Below the pieces are notes generated by a model that was given only the letters and a program-made list of their open reading frames with translations, was not told where the DNA came from and did not search any database. Shown here one piece after another: positions 21,501-29,915 of a stretch of DNA of 64,000 nucleotides (the first letter of the stretch is position 1; each line of letters starts with the position of its first letter). The DNA comes from an uncultured cyanobacterium (GTDB lineage: Bacteria; Cyanobacteriota; Cyanobacteriia; Cyanobacteriales; CAWUOF01): the NCBI GenBank assembly GCA_963744145.1, contig CAVUSO010000001.1, forward strand, positions 2,784,001 to 2,848,000, written 5' to 3'. Made by a program: the position numbers and the translations under genes.

Positions 21501-22914
21501 TGGCCCAGTCTTCGGGAAAATCGGCCCGGGTATAGACAGCTAAAGCCAGTTGATAAGCAGTGATCGCCGCATCAATATTCTCAGCTCGGCTCCCCGTGAT
21601 TTTGTTAGAGTAGGCATTTCCCAGATTATTTTGAGTCATCGCCCATTGTTCGGGGAAATCGGCACGGGTTCTGACAGCTAAAGCCAGTTGATAAGCAGTG
21701 ATCGCCGCATCAATATTCTCAGCTCGGTTCCCCGTGATTTTGTTAGAGTAGGCATTTCCCAGATTATTTTGAGTCATCGCCCAGTCTTCAGGGAAATCGG
21801 CACGGGTTCTGACAGCTAAAGCCAGGTGATAAGCAGCGATCGCGGCATCAATATTCTCAGCTCGGTTCCCCGTGATTTTGTCAGAGTAGGCAGTTCCCAG
21901 ATTATTTTGAGTCATTGCCCAGTCTTCAGGGAAATCGGCATGGGTGTAGACAGCTAAAGCCAGTTGATAAGCAGCGATCGCGGCATCAATATTCTCCGCC
22001 CGGTTCCCCGTGATTTTGCCCCTGTAGGCAGTTCCCAGATTATTTTGAGTCATGGCCCAGTCTTCAGGGAAATCGTCACGAGTATAGACAGCTAAAGCCA
22101 GTTGATAAGCAGCGATCGCTTTTTCTAAATTCTCTGCTCTATTTCCTCTTAGTCTATCGCTATAAGTATTGCCAAGACTGTTTTGCAAACCTGCCCATTG
22201 TTCTGGAAAATTTTCACGATTGTATATATTTAAAGCAAGGTTATAGGAAACAATGGCATTTTCTAAATTCTCGCCTCTTTCGCGCATTATCTTACTATTA
22301 TAAGCCCTACCTAAATTTATTTGACAATTAGCCCACTCCATCGGGTAAGATTGTTGATTAAAAATAATCATTGCTGTTTTATATGATGCGATCGCAATCT
22401 CTAAATTATTAGCTTTAATCCCGAGCGGAAACTGTTGAATTAAATTTCCAAAATAACACAGTATTGATGCTAAAAATTCTGCTTCATCGGATCTTATTTC
22501 AGTTAAAGTAGAACTACCCCATGTTTGTAGAACTACCTCAAATTGAGCATTAAGCTTATCTATATTCGACACTAAAATTGGATAAACAACTTGTGGATCT
22601 CCATTACTATGAGAGACAGTTTGTAAAACCTGTAGTAAAAAAGTTAAATTATCTTCACTTAAACTATCTTCTGACTTAGTAGCTAATGGTTTTTCCAGTA
22701 AATCCGATATTTCATTGGCAAGCCTTTGCAAAAAGCTTGCTGAATTTTTATCTCCATTTTCTGTTAATTTTTCTGCTACTTGTACTAGAATTTGAACTAA
22801 TTTAACATCAATGAGTTCTTGGTGAGCATTCAAAAGCCCTGCTTCTTCTCCGCTTGGACAACTTAGCAGTGCATTGACCAGATTAAGATAAGCATTTAGA
22901 TTCTGCTCATCCAT
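18571..22914 (-). CDS. TPR-repeat CHAT (caspase-like) protease, paralog A (12 near-identical 46-aa repeats)
   Basis: CHAT dyad motifs VLHLSHHA and VFLSCCET, plus GARSVVSTLWAV and YWAAF; TPR-like repeats WAMTQNNLGxAY. Confidence 0.92.
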   Translation of the reverse strand: MDEQNLNAYLNLVNALLSCPSGEEAGLLNAHQELIDVKLVQILVQVAEKLTENGDKNSASFLQRLANEISDLLEKPLATKSEDSLSEDNLTFLLQVLQTVSHSNGDPQVVYPILVSNIDKLNAQFEVVLQTWGSSTLTEIRSDEAEFLASILCYFGNLIQQFPLGIKANNLEIAIASYKTAMIIFNQQSYPMEWANCQINLGRAYNSKIMRERGENLENAIVSYNLALNIYNRENFPEQWAGLQNSLGNTYSDRLRGNRAENLEKAIAAYQLALAVYTRDDFPEDWAMTQNNLGTAYRGKITGNRAENIDAAIAAYQLALAVYTHADFPEDWAMTQNNLGTAYSDKITGNRAENIDAAIAAYHLALAVRTRADFPEDWAMTQNNLGNAYSNKITGNRAENIDAAITAYQLALAVRTRADFPEQWAMTQNNLGNAYSNKITGSRAENIDAAITAYQLALAVYTRADFPEDWAMTQNNLGNAYRDKITGNRAENIDAAIAAYQLALAVYTRADFPEDWAMTQNNLGAAYWFKITGNRAENIDAAIAAYHLALAVRTRADFPEQSALTQNNLGNAYSNKITGSRAENIDVAITAYQLALAVYTRADFPEQWAMTQNNLGNAYREKITGNRAENIDAAIAAFQLALAVYTRADFPEDWAMTQNNLGNAYREKITGNRAENIDAAIAAYQLALAVYTRADFPEDWAMTQNNLGTAYRDKITGNRGENIDAAIAAFQLALAVYTRADFPEQWAMIQNNLGTAYSDKITGNRAENLDAAIAAYQLALAIYTWADFPEQWAMTQNNLGTAYRSKITGNRAENIDAAIRCFQLALEFRTPTTLPLGCLTSGINLGNLAFTEGWWDIAIEGYEQAIIAVEISRSWSTTDTSRQQILADSIDVYEKIIQSYINISNLDKAIEYVERSRSKRLVDLIASNDLYSDGEIPFQIQEYLQQYDELQAQIDTERKRFQSDSESRNEQTNKGSLILTRAVIETVTVNIESLEAQKQQIWEQIRRLDPVLSGGIQVEPLDFATIQQLIDQPHTAILNFFTTDEDTHIFIIYKDKSPQLHTCIGFGYQTLRELVVDQWLIPYLNKARDGIWYKKISELLQQLAEKLQLTTLVKNYLSDIEELIIIPHLFWHQIPFAALPLTFPTQYLTEYLADCFYLRYIPSCQILQYCQQRPPLAKINYGTVEDADDTLQCALFEGEKIAKIYNIPDHQRLKGRKRATIHNFRQLAKEVQVLHLSHHATSRLDNPLESKLILGDGSITLGQLLTPGWKLPDLSDVFLSCCETNLGIPSITDDILTIATGFLCAGARSVVSTLWAVNDLATALFSIFYYQYRQQGLNRPEALQQAQIKLRTLPGTTLDTEYKSELETYLQKQRQQVAEKLKNADKNRKKLVKGTPEYQQWDEEYKEWNKIGEKVYKITENLKFLCRQEFPFAEPFYWAAFICSGLR
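20419..22074 (-). repeat. Intragenic tandem array, 12 x 138 bp
   Basis: The period is 138 nt (e.g. ATTATTTTGA at 20521 and 20659); most units carry a HIP1 site or a one-base variant of it. Confidence 0.95.
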
Positions 22915-22957
22915 TGTTTTTGATGCTCACTTATGCTATTAACAAAATTTGACTTCC

Positions 22958-23764
22958 TTAACTTATATCCCAAAAGTTCCAAAGAATGATCGCAATTAAG
23001 AAAAACTGTAACCAGTACAATTTTACCTTAGCTACTAGATTTTTGTTTTTGATACCTCGATTAAAAAAAGAACTAACAGTGCCAACTTTTACCACCAATT
23101 TTTCTGATATTTCAGCCCAAGTATATCCATCTAACCACAACAGAGTTATTTTCTGTAAAGTAATATCCTGACGTTTTTTCATCGGCTTCCCAAAAATATT
23201 CTCAGGATTCTCCACAACTATTTCTCTGAGTTTTTCTACAAAATCAGGCTCATTTTGCTCGTAAGTCAATTGGTCTAAGTAAGTGATTTCTGATTCTTCA
23301 GCATCCCCCGATTTACCGTTGCTAATTGGTTTGTCGGCTGAAACTAGGATATCTGTAATTGGTTTCCCATTCTCAGTTCTCTTATGAATACCACGATGAT
23401 CATTACAGGCATCGATATTTTTTTTAGACTGAATAAACCTCGCCCAGTTTAAAATATCTCCCTTTTCAGGATCAAATTGCTTCCGCCGAATAATTTGGAC
23501 AACTGCCAAGTCGGTTTCTTGCTTAGTGTCCTCCGAAATTTGACGGTACTCACTGGTCGATAATCCAGATGGATGCTTTGGCTTTGAAAGCTGTCCAGTT
23601 TGTCTGAATTCTGAAAGCAGTTGAGTCAAAGCCCGCTCTCCCTCGAAACTTTTAGGTTCATGTCTTTGGGCATCCAGGGCTAGCCTATTAAAGTAGTCGT
23701 TCTGTCCAGCTTCAGTGGACTTTTCATTTGGCTCAGGAGATGACTGCTTGTCCTTGTCAACCAT
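22958..23764 (-). CDS. Cyanobacterial sigma-70/ECF-like protein upstream of the TPR-CHAT gene
   Basis: LALDAQRH...RALTQLL, FDPEKGDILNW, and a C-terminal HTH (GYTWAEISEKLVVKVGTVSSFFNR). Confidence 0.65.
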   Translation of the reverse strand: MVDKDKQSSPEPNEKSTEAGQNDYFNRLALDAQRHEPKSFEGERALTQLLSEFRQTGQLSKPKHPSGLSTSEYRQISEDTKQETDLAVVQIIRRKQFDPEKGDILNWARFIQSKKNIDACNDHRGIHKRTENGKPITDILVSADKPISNGKSGDAEESEITYLDQLTYEQNEPDFVEKLREIVVENPENIFGKPMKKRQDITLQKITLLWLDGYTWAEISEKLVVKVGTVSSFFNRGIKNKNLVAKVKLYWLQFFLIAIILWNFWDIS

Positions 23765-24159
23765 AAATAAACACTCCGTTAAGAGTATAAGTTTATATAA
23801 ATCACTGAGAAGATATCAACTTCCTAAAGACCCCTCGGTTTTCCGTAGAAAAGCTAAACGGGTTTTGATGGGAGAAGTAACCAGACGTTCTAAGTTAGAG
23901 TGGTGGGGCACTCTAAGCGAAACTGTAACGGTCTGGTTGGTTATTTATCTAGAAATATTGCTAAAGTTCTGCAAGTGCCTGAATTTTTTTTGAAATTCAA
24001 CAATTCGATCAGAGTCAAAATAGCTGGAATTGTTATCCTATAACGTTTTGAGATATCTTAAACCTGATTGGGAGTTTCTTTTCTTAAGCACATTGAACCA
24101 TTTGGACTCCTTTTTAGCAAGGTTTAGTGATTTTTCTCAAATGTCTTTGCTTGATAATT

Positions 24160-26658
24160 TTAAACTCTTCCTCTTTCTCTCTCCCTATCTCTCTGAGCAA
24201 TCTGGATTTGCATCCGATTATATAAATCAACTTGAGGATCGGAATGGCTAACGCAAGCAACTAAGGCATAACGTTGTATTTCGATATCATCTGGCTTGGC
24301 CCATTTACGATTACAACTCACAACCAGGATCATATTTCCTTTATCATAGTTTGTAGACCTAGATGAAATTTCTACTTGCCCTCTTTGGATTGTTCCTTTC
24401 TTACGAATACTTGAGCCTGGAGACAATTTAACTTCAATACCCGCTTTATATTTTTTCTTTAACTTTTGTTTTGTATTATCTGTGGACTCATCAGGAGAAC
24501 TTGTTTTGCTAGTAGTTTCATAAGCCTTCCTAACAATTTCACGATCGATTCCTTTAAACAGATCGAATTCCATTGTGACTCCTAGATATGAGTCTCCGCG
24601 AGTTGGGCGAGTTGGCGGATCAAATGCCAAGGTAATTGATAATATACGAGTGCCTTTTATTGTAAAAAATTCCGGTGGCAACTGGGGGATTTCGTAAATA
24701 TGAAAATATCCTACTTTGATGGAAATATTATCTTCTGATAGCACAACGTAGTTTTCAGCAGAATACATGGCACGTTCTAAGTTAGCTTGCCCATATCCAT
24801 AGATTTTTAACTGGTTTTTAATTTGTTTATTTGGAGATTTCTTACCTTTACATTGAAATTCGGGCGGAATTTCTTGAGGAAGAGCCGCAGAGTTGACAAT
24901 AAGTGCCCGAATGAGGTTAGAACTAGCATCTGGATATTTGGTAAAAAGTTGAGCAGCAATGTTAGCCACACGAGGAGCTGCAAAGCTTGTACCACTACAA
25001 ATATCGAATAATGAATTGGAGTAATCTTTGGATAAAGTTAAAATAGAGACACCTGCTATATTATCTGAAAGTATATTAGTTTTAGGTAACCCTAAATTTT
25101 CTCGATAACTAAGATCCAATGCTAAATCTCCACCAAAATCTACAACATCGGGCTTAATCATTCCATCAACTCCAAAACCAGTTCTAGTAAAGGGAGATGG
25201 GTATCCTGGTAGTTTGGCGATCGCTTGACGACGAACATCAGAAGGTTCTGTAATACTACCACGACCAAGTGATAAAGAACCTACGGTTAATGCAATTGCT
25301 GAAGTTGCTGGATCGATGATTTGGGCGCTCGGATTCAGCAGATAATTTGGATAATCAGTTCGTAGTTGCTCATTTGATTGTACCTCTTCATGAAAAGCAT
25401 TTCCCGCTGAAATCACAAAAACAATATTTTTATGTTTGTAGTTATAAGCAATTTCATCTATTTTTGCAGCTAGGCGAAACTGCTTCAGTCCATCTCGATA
25501 AATTTGGTCAGCATTACCTAGGGAGATATTGATGATTTTACAATTAGGATACTGTTCAACAAAAGCACGAATAGCTCGATCCAGTTGATTTTCTACAAGC
25601 AGATCCTCATCATATTTATTATCCTCGTTTGTTACACGGGCAGAAAATAGCCAAGCTGTGGGATCGAATGAACGCTGTTTTATGCAATTTTCAACATCTC
25701 CATAGATAGCAATTCCAGCCACATTAGTACCATGTCCGTTTACATCGTCAGGACCGCCTTGGATGATTTCCTGTGTTGGATCTGGGAATACTTCAGCTTC
25801 ACCCAAGACTGGAGCAATCAACGGATGACCACGTTGTACACCAGAATCAATAACAAGAATGCCGCAATTATCTTCAGGTGGGGGAATAATTTCTGGAAAA
25901 TCAGAAATTGGTAGATTATAATCAGCATTTCTTTCAAATGCAGGTTGGGGAGGGCGATCTATTTCTTTAACAATTTCTTCTTGCAGCAAAAGCTCTAAAA
26001 CTTCCTGGGTGACTTTAATTCTAGCAATACACAGATATTCACCTATGTAGCGATCGCTCATTTTCATGGAAGCAGTATCATTTGATAAACTTTCTAGCAC
26101 TTCAGCAATATCATCTAAATATTTTTTCATTTCTCGGCGATCGCCTGTGTGCCAAAGTTCCAAATCTAAGGCAGCAACTTCATCTGCTTGTACAGGCTTT
26201 AAGCGTAACAACTGACCAATCCGATCTTCAGGTTCGAGAGGAACTAGCATCTCAATTGCCCCTAATTGTTCGTATTTAGGACCTGGTTTAATCTGACTGT
26301 AATTTTCTAACCGCTTCCTGAATTCTGTTAGTTCAATGTCCGATGAAAATACCACAATGACTTTATCAGGTTCATGCGCTAGAACATTTAGTTCTATTTG
26401 ATTTACCAAGTTATCTGAAAAAGAATCTTTTTCAGCAATTTTTAGCTTGAAAATCAATTTTGGGTCAAGACGGAAAAGACTAGACTTTTTCTTATTTTCC
26501 TCAACCAAGACAGATATTTGATCTAATAAATGTTTCCCATGTTGAGCTACATCAGGACGGTTTTTACCACCAAAACCTGAAGGCGATCGTCGCTGTGATT
26601 CAATCTCTATTACTCTCGGTAATTTCAAGTGATCAAACTTATTTACCATTATGTTCAA
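24160..26658 (-). CDS. ietS: S8 subtilase, IetS-like toxin/effector
   Basis: Catalytic triad VIDSG, NGHGTNVAG and SGTSFAAP, plus IKPDVVDFGGD and YGYG; immediately follows an AAA ATPase. Confidence 0.8.
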   Translation of the reverse strand: MNIMVNKFDHLKLPRVIEIESQRRSPSGFGGKNRPDVAQHGKHLLDQISVLVEENKKKSSLFRLDPKLIFKLKIAEKDSFSDNLVNQIELNVLAHEPDKVIVVFSSDIELTEFRKRLENYSQIKPGPKYEQLGAIEMLVPLEPEDRIGQLLRLKPVQADEVAALDLELWHTGDRREMKKYLDDIAEVLESLSNDTASMKMSDRYIGEYLCIARIKVTQEVLELLLQEEIVKEIDRPPQPAFERNADYNLPISDFPEIIPPPEDNCGILVIDSGVQRGHPLIAPVLGEAEVFPDPTQEIIQGGPDDVNGHGTNVAGIAIYGDVENCIKQRSFDPTAWLFSARVTNEDNKYDEDLLVENQLDRAIRAFVEQYPNCKIINISLGNADQIYRDGLKQFRLAAKIDEIAYNYKHKNIVFVISAGNAFHEEVQSNEQLRTDYPNYLLNPSAQIIDPATSAIALTVGSLSLGRGSITEPSDVRRQAIAKLPGYPSPFTRTGFGVDGMIKPDVVDFGGDLALDLSYRENLGLPKTNILSDNIAGVSILTLSKDYSNSLFDICSGTSFAAPRVANIAAQLFTKYPDASSNLIRALIVNSAALPQEIPPEFQCKGKKSPNKQIKNQLKIYGYGQANLERAMYSAENYVVLSEDNISIKVGYFHIYEIPQLPPEFFTIKGTRILSITLAFDPPTRPTRGDSYLGVTMEFDLFKGIDREIVRKAYETTSKTSSPDESTDNTKQKLKKKYKAGIEVKLSPGSSIRKKGTIQRGQVEISSRSTNYDKGNMILVVSCNRKWAKPDDIEIQRYALVACVSHSDPQVDLYNRMQIQIAQRDRERERGRV

Positions 26659-26667
26659 CGTAGATGA

Positions 26668-27678
26668 TCATTTTGACTTTGCTATGATACTTTGTCTTTC
26701 TAAAAAACGGGCGATCGCTACCTCTAAATCATCAGCAGCCAAAGTCCGTTCACCTCGCAGGATCACAGCTTTAATTGCATCAGAGCAGATTCTCTCTAGA
26801 TCTGCTCCAGTAGCATTTTCCAGCCGAGCAGCAAATATAGATAAATCAATACCACTATAGCGGATAGCTGATAAATAACGACTCAAAATAGTCGTCCGTA
26901 GTTCAAATGACGGGTGATCAAAGAAAATCACTTCATCAAATCTTCGCCAAACTGCACTGTCCAATAGTTGCTCATGATTAGTAGTCGCAATGAATACACT
27001 TTGATTATTGGTATTATCGATCAACTGTAACAAACTATTCACTAGGCGCTTTACTTCACCGTGTTCATTTAAGTTATCTCGCTCGCGGGCTATAGCATCA
27101 AACTCATCAAACAAAACCAGCCATTCACCTTTTTCAATGTAGGTAAAAATTTTCTGAAGATTCGTTGCAGTTTGACCCAAGTAAGAAGAGAATACTGCTG
27201 TTAGGTTCACATAAACCAGGGGAAGTCCCAAATAACTAGAAAGGATTTTTGCTGTTTGAGTTTTTCCACATCCAGGTGGACCGCAGAAAAGCAATTTGTT
27301 TTTGGGTTTCAGATTATATGCTGCAATGATATCTTGTTTACGGTTTTCTAGGACAATTTCTTGGAGGACATCAAAAATTTTTTCATTCAGCACAATCCGA
27401 TCCCAAGTCAGATCAAATCGTTTCACATCAAGCAAAGTAAGTCCAGTATCCTTGTCTTTAGGAGGATCAGGAAATTGGTTCAGGGGATTGGAGTTAGTAG
27501 CTAGCGGTTTTGTAGATACATTTCCATTATGAAGCAACTTTTCTAAATCTCTAGCAAGTAAGACATGATTTTTATTTCTTTCTTCTTCAATTATTTCCAT
27601 AGCGGCAGCCAAAAACTCTTCTCTATCGTTATGAGAGAAGCTTTTGAAGAGTTTTCTAAGGATTTCACCACGCGCCAT
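26668..27678 (-). CDS. ietA: AAA ATPase, IetA-like
   Basis: Walker A GPPGCGKT, SSYLGQT, Walker B LFDEFDA, GEVKRLVNSLLQ and LDSAVWRRFD. Confidence 0.8.
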   Translation of the reverse strand: MARGEILRKLFKSFSHNDREEFLAAAMEIIEEERNKNHVLLARDLEKLLHNGNVSTKPLATNSNPLNQFPDPPKDKDTGLTLLDVKRFDLTWDRIVLNEKIFDVLQEIVLENRKQDIIAAYNLKPKNKLLFCGPPGCGKTQTAKILSSYLGLPLVYVNLTAVFSSYLGQTATNLQKIFTYIEKGEWLVLFDEFDAIARERDNLNEHGEVKRLVNSLLQLIDNTNNQSVFIATTNHEQLLDSAVWRRFDEVIFFDHPSFELRTTILSRYLSAIRYSGIDLSIFAARLENATGADLERICSDAIKAVILRGERTLAADDLEVAIARFLERQSIIAKSK

Positions 27679-27838
27679 ATTTATAATTGGATTTAACTAT
27701 TCAGCAGACTTAATTCATTATACTGTATTTTTCCTAAATAGTCAAATATACTGATTTATTTTACAGCGCAAATATCCTATTAATATTCATAATATAGCAT
27801 TAGTAAATATCAATTTATCGATCTATATTCTGTTGATA

Positions 27839-27955
27839 TTAACGCCAACCAGAATAGATGAATGTAGTCCAATAGAAAGGTTATGTAAATGAGTTGTTTT
27901 GTAGATGCGATCGCTTTTTTCTCACCCTATTTATATGCTGCATCCCAAACTTGAC
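27839..27955 (-). pseudogene. Degenerate C-terminal tail of a TPR-CHAT gene
   Basis: PFYWTTFIYSGWR* preceded by decayed WDAAYK...DRIYKT (compare WDEEYK...EKVYKI in the intact genes). Confidence 0.7.
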
Positions 27956-28203
27956 CAACGGCGATCGCGGTGATGAGAAGAGAGCTGTTTTCAGGTAGAT
28001 TAAGTCCAAAACCCCCTTGACTTTTTTGGTGAATTGACATACCATATAATCATGGGAATCTGTGCAGCCCAATAATATCGGTTTTGACCAGGTAAATTAT
28101 ATCCATTCCAGCTAAACTTCGAGCAACAAACAAGGATAAATATCAATTATTGAAAACGGGTAATTGGCGATCAACATTAGTAATAAAACTACTGGGATAA
28201 ATC

Positions 28204-28473
28204 ATGGAAACTTTACTATTAGCAATTATAATTATATTGCAGATTGTGTTAATTGTTCTAATTATAAACCGTGATTACCACCTTTTACCAGAAAGTTTAG
28301 GTATTCCAGGGGACTCTCAAATTTCACAAGCAACAACCCAGAAACCAAGGGAAAGTCCAAAGAATTTATGGGATAACCCACTACCAGCATCAGCAGAGTT
28401 AAAGTTGACCGTTGCCGAATTTAAGAATAGTTATGATCGGAGTGAATCGTGGGATGGAGATTTTGTAGCCTGA
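28204..28473 (+). CDS. Hypothetical protein with an N-terminal transmembrane helix (possibly truncated)
   Basis: METLLLAIIIILQIVLIVLII hydrophobic segment; lies downstream of the repeated promoter-like element. Confidence 0.45.
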   Translation: METLLLAIIIILQIVLIVLIINRDYHLLPESLGIPGDSQISQATTQKPRESPKNLWDNPLPASAELKLTVAEFKNSYDRSESWDGDFVA

Positions 28474-28597
28474 AAAATTCTCCTACTCTACAAAGAGAAG
28501 AGTTTGACTGTGGGGATGAAGAAATTAATCACTATGAGAATTATCAATTTAGTGAAAGCAAAAACTCTGGCGATCGCCAAATTTATCAAGGAAATAA

Positions 28598-28687
28598 GGC
28601 GTTGCTTAATCAGGGTATGAAAATCAATCGGGGCGTATGCCATACGCCCCTACAAATTATTTATTCATACCGTAAATCAGCAACGCC
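28598..28687. mobile_element. 90-bp MITE with a nested REP-like hairpin
   Basis: Ends GGCGTTGCT...AGCAACGCC with an imperfect 8-bp duplication GGAAATAA/GGCAATAA. The paralogous site at about 5481 is empty (GGAAATAAATAATTGC). Confidence 0.8.
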
Positions 28688-28708
28688 GGCAATAAATAAT
28701 TGCATAAA

Positions 28709-29356
28709 TCAGGACGATGATCTATTTCTATCCAAATCAATAAGGCGCTTAATTACTCGCACTACATCATATAATTCATTCTGTTGTGGGTTAACAATAG
28801 TAAATTTTTTTGATATTGCATACAGACCTAATTGCCGATCAAGCTTGACAAATATATAATCTTCACCATTCATTATCATCCCCAAAATAGGCATCTCCGG
28901 GTGTGGATTTGCCATCATATAAGCTAAAGTTTGGGGTAATGCTTGTAAAACACTAAAGCTATATTGTTTAGCTTCTATTAATACAACCCACAATAAGTTT
29001 TTGATCACCAATGTATCAATAAATCCTTCTAATATAGTGTCCCCATTTTCAATCTCTATTTTGACAAATTTTTCTCCACGAATTTTAAACGGTGGGTCGC
29101 AAAATCCCAAGAGTTCTAATAGAGGAGATAGGATAATAATGTTAACTGTGGCTTCAAGAATAAAACCATCGGCTGCATAATAGAGGTAGCGATTTTTGAG
29201 GCGATCGAGGGAGTTTTTTTCTGTCTCGGTGAGTTCAGGTAAATCATTTAGCCATTCGGTGAAGAATTGAGGCTCATTTGTTTGAGTAATGTTGAATTTT
29301 TGTTGAGCTTCATTGAGGTTAGTAATAGCTTTGGTGATGGCAATAGTTTGAGACAT
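28709..29356 (-). CDS. Restriction endonuclease-like (type I HsdR N-terminal-like PD-(D/E)XK) protein
   Basis: EATVNIIILSPLL, EGFIDTLV, VVLIEAK and ALPQTLAYM; a common stand-alone cyanobacterial family. Confidence 0.8.
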   Translation of the reverse strand: MSQTIAITKAITNLNEAQQKFNITQTNEPQFFTEWLNDLPELTETEKNSLDRLKNRYLYYAADGFILEATVNIIILSPLLELLGFCDPPFKIRGEKFVKIEIENGDTILEGFIDTLVIKNLLWVVLIEAKQYSFSVLQALPQTLAYMMANPHPEMPILGMIMNGEDYIFVKLDRQLGLYAISKKFTIVNPQQNELYDVVRVIKRLIDLDRNRSSS

Positions 29357-29442
29357 AATTGTTCAGGATTTTGTTTGGGAATTTTAGCGTCAAGATATTT
29401 CAGCTATATTTTAAGCTGCTTCAAATAGAGACTTTCCGAAAG

Positions 29443-29697
29443 CTAACCACCAGTTAATCCCAGTCTAGCTCGTACTTCCGCTGCTGAAATGGTTTTTGTT
29501 TGTTGTCCGCGATCGCCCAGAAACGCCATCAATTCTTGATTCTGACGAGTTAGTTCAATTTCTTGATCAAAGTTATTAATCTCGGCTAGAATAAACTCTA
29601 AACCATCCTCTGTTTGCAGAATTAGGTTTTGTTGTCTAGCTTCTATCAGGAGCGCAATCAGGGCTGTTGAGTCAAGTGGTACATTAATAATCTTCAT
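29443..29697 (-). CDS. Putative antitoxin whose upstream toxin is truncated
   Basis: 84-aa ORF ending TISAAEVRARLGL; coupled (ATGA) to an upstream remnant ...KIEVVGFKKHNKLYIRGKEFEL* at about 29694-29790. Confidence 0.6.
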   Translation of the reverse strand: MKIINVPLDSTALIALLIEARQQNLILQTEDGLEFILAEINNFDQEIELTRQNQELMAFLGDRGQQTKTISAAEVRARLGLTGG

Positions 29698-29915
29698 AAT
29701 TCAAATTCTTTCCCCCGGATATAAAGTTTGTTGTGTTTCTTAAAACCTACAACTTCAATCTTGTCTTTGTTTGATAGTTTTAAGTATGGCATCAGGCTAA
29801 AAAGTACGATCGCTGCTCTGATCTCACTATTGATATTCTTCATCCTCAATTTTATCAACTGCGATCGCGAAACCCTTTAATGAAATAATCAAGGGAATAA
29901 AAATGATCAATCTCA

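Noticed and set aside
20419..22074. 138-bp periodic array considered as a CRISPR array or DGR template/variable repeats
   Set aside because: The units are contiguous in-frame coding repeats with no unique spacers. There is no cas or reverse-transcriptase gene in the window and no separate non-coding template copy.
28449..28859. 136-aa plus-strand ORF
   Set aside because: It is a chimera running through a HIP1 junction, a MITE and the antisense of the nuclease-like gene.
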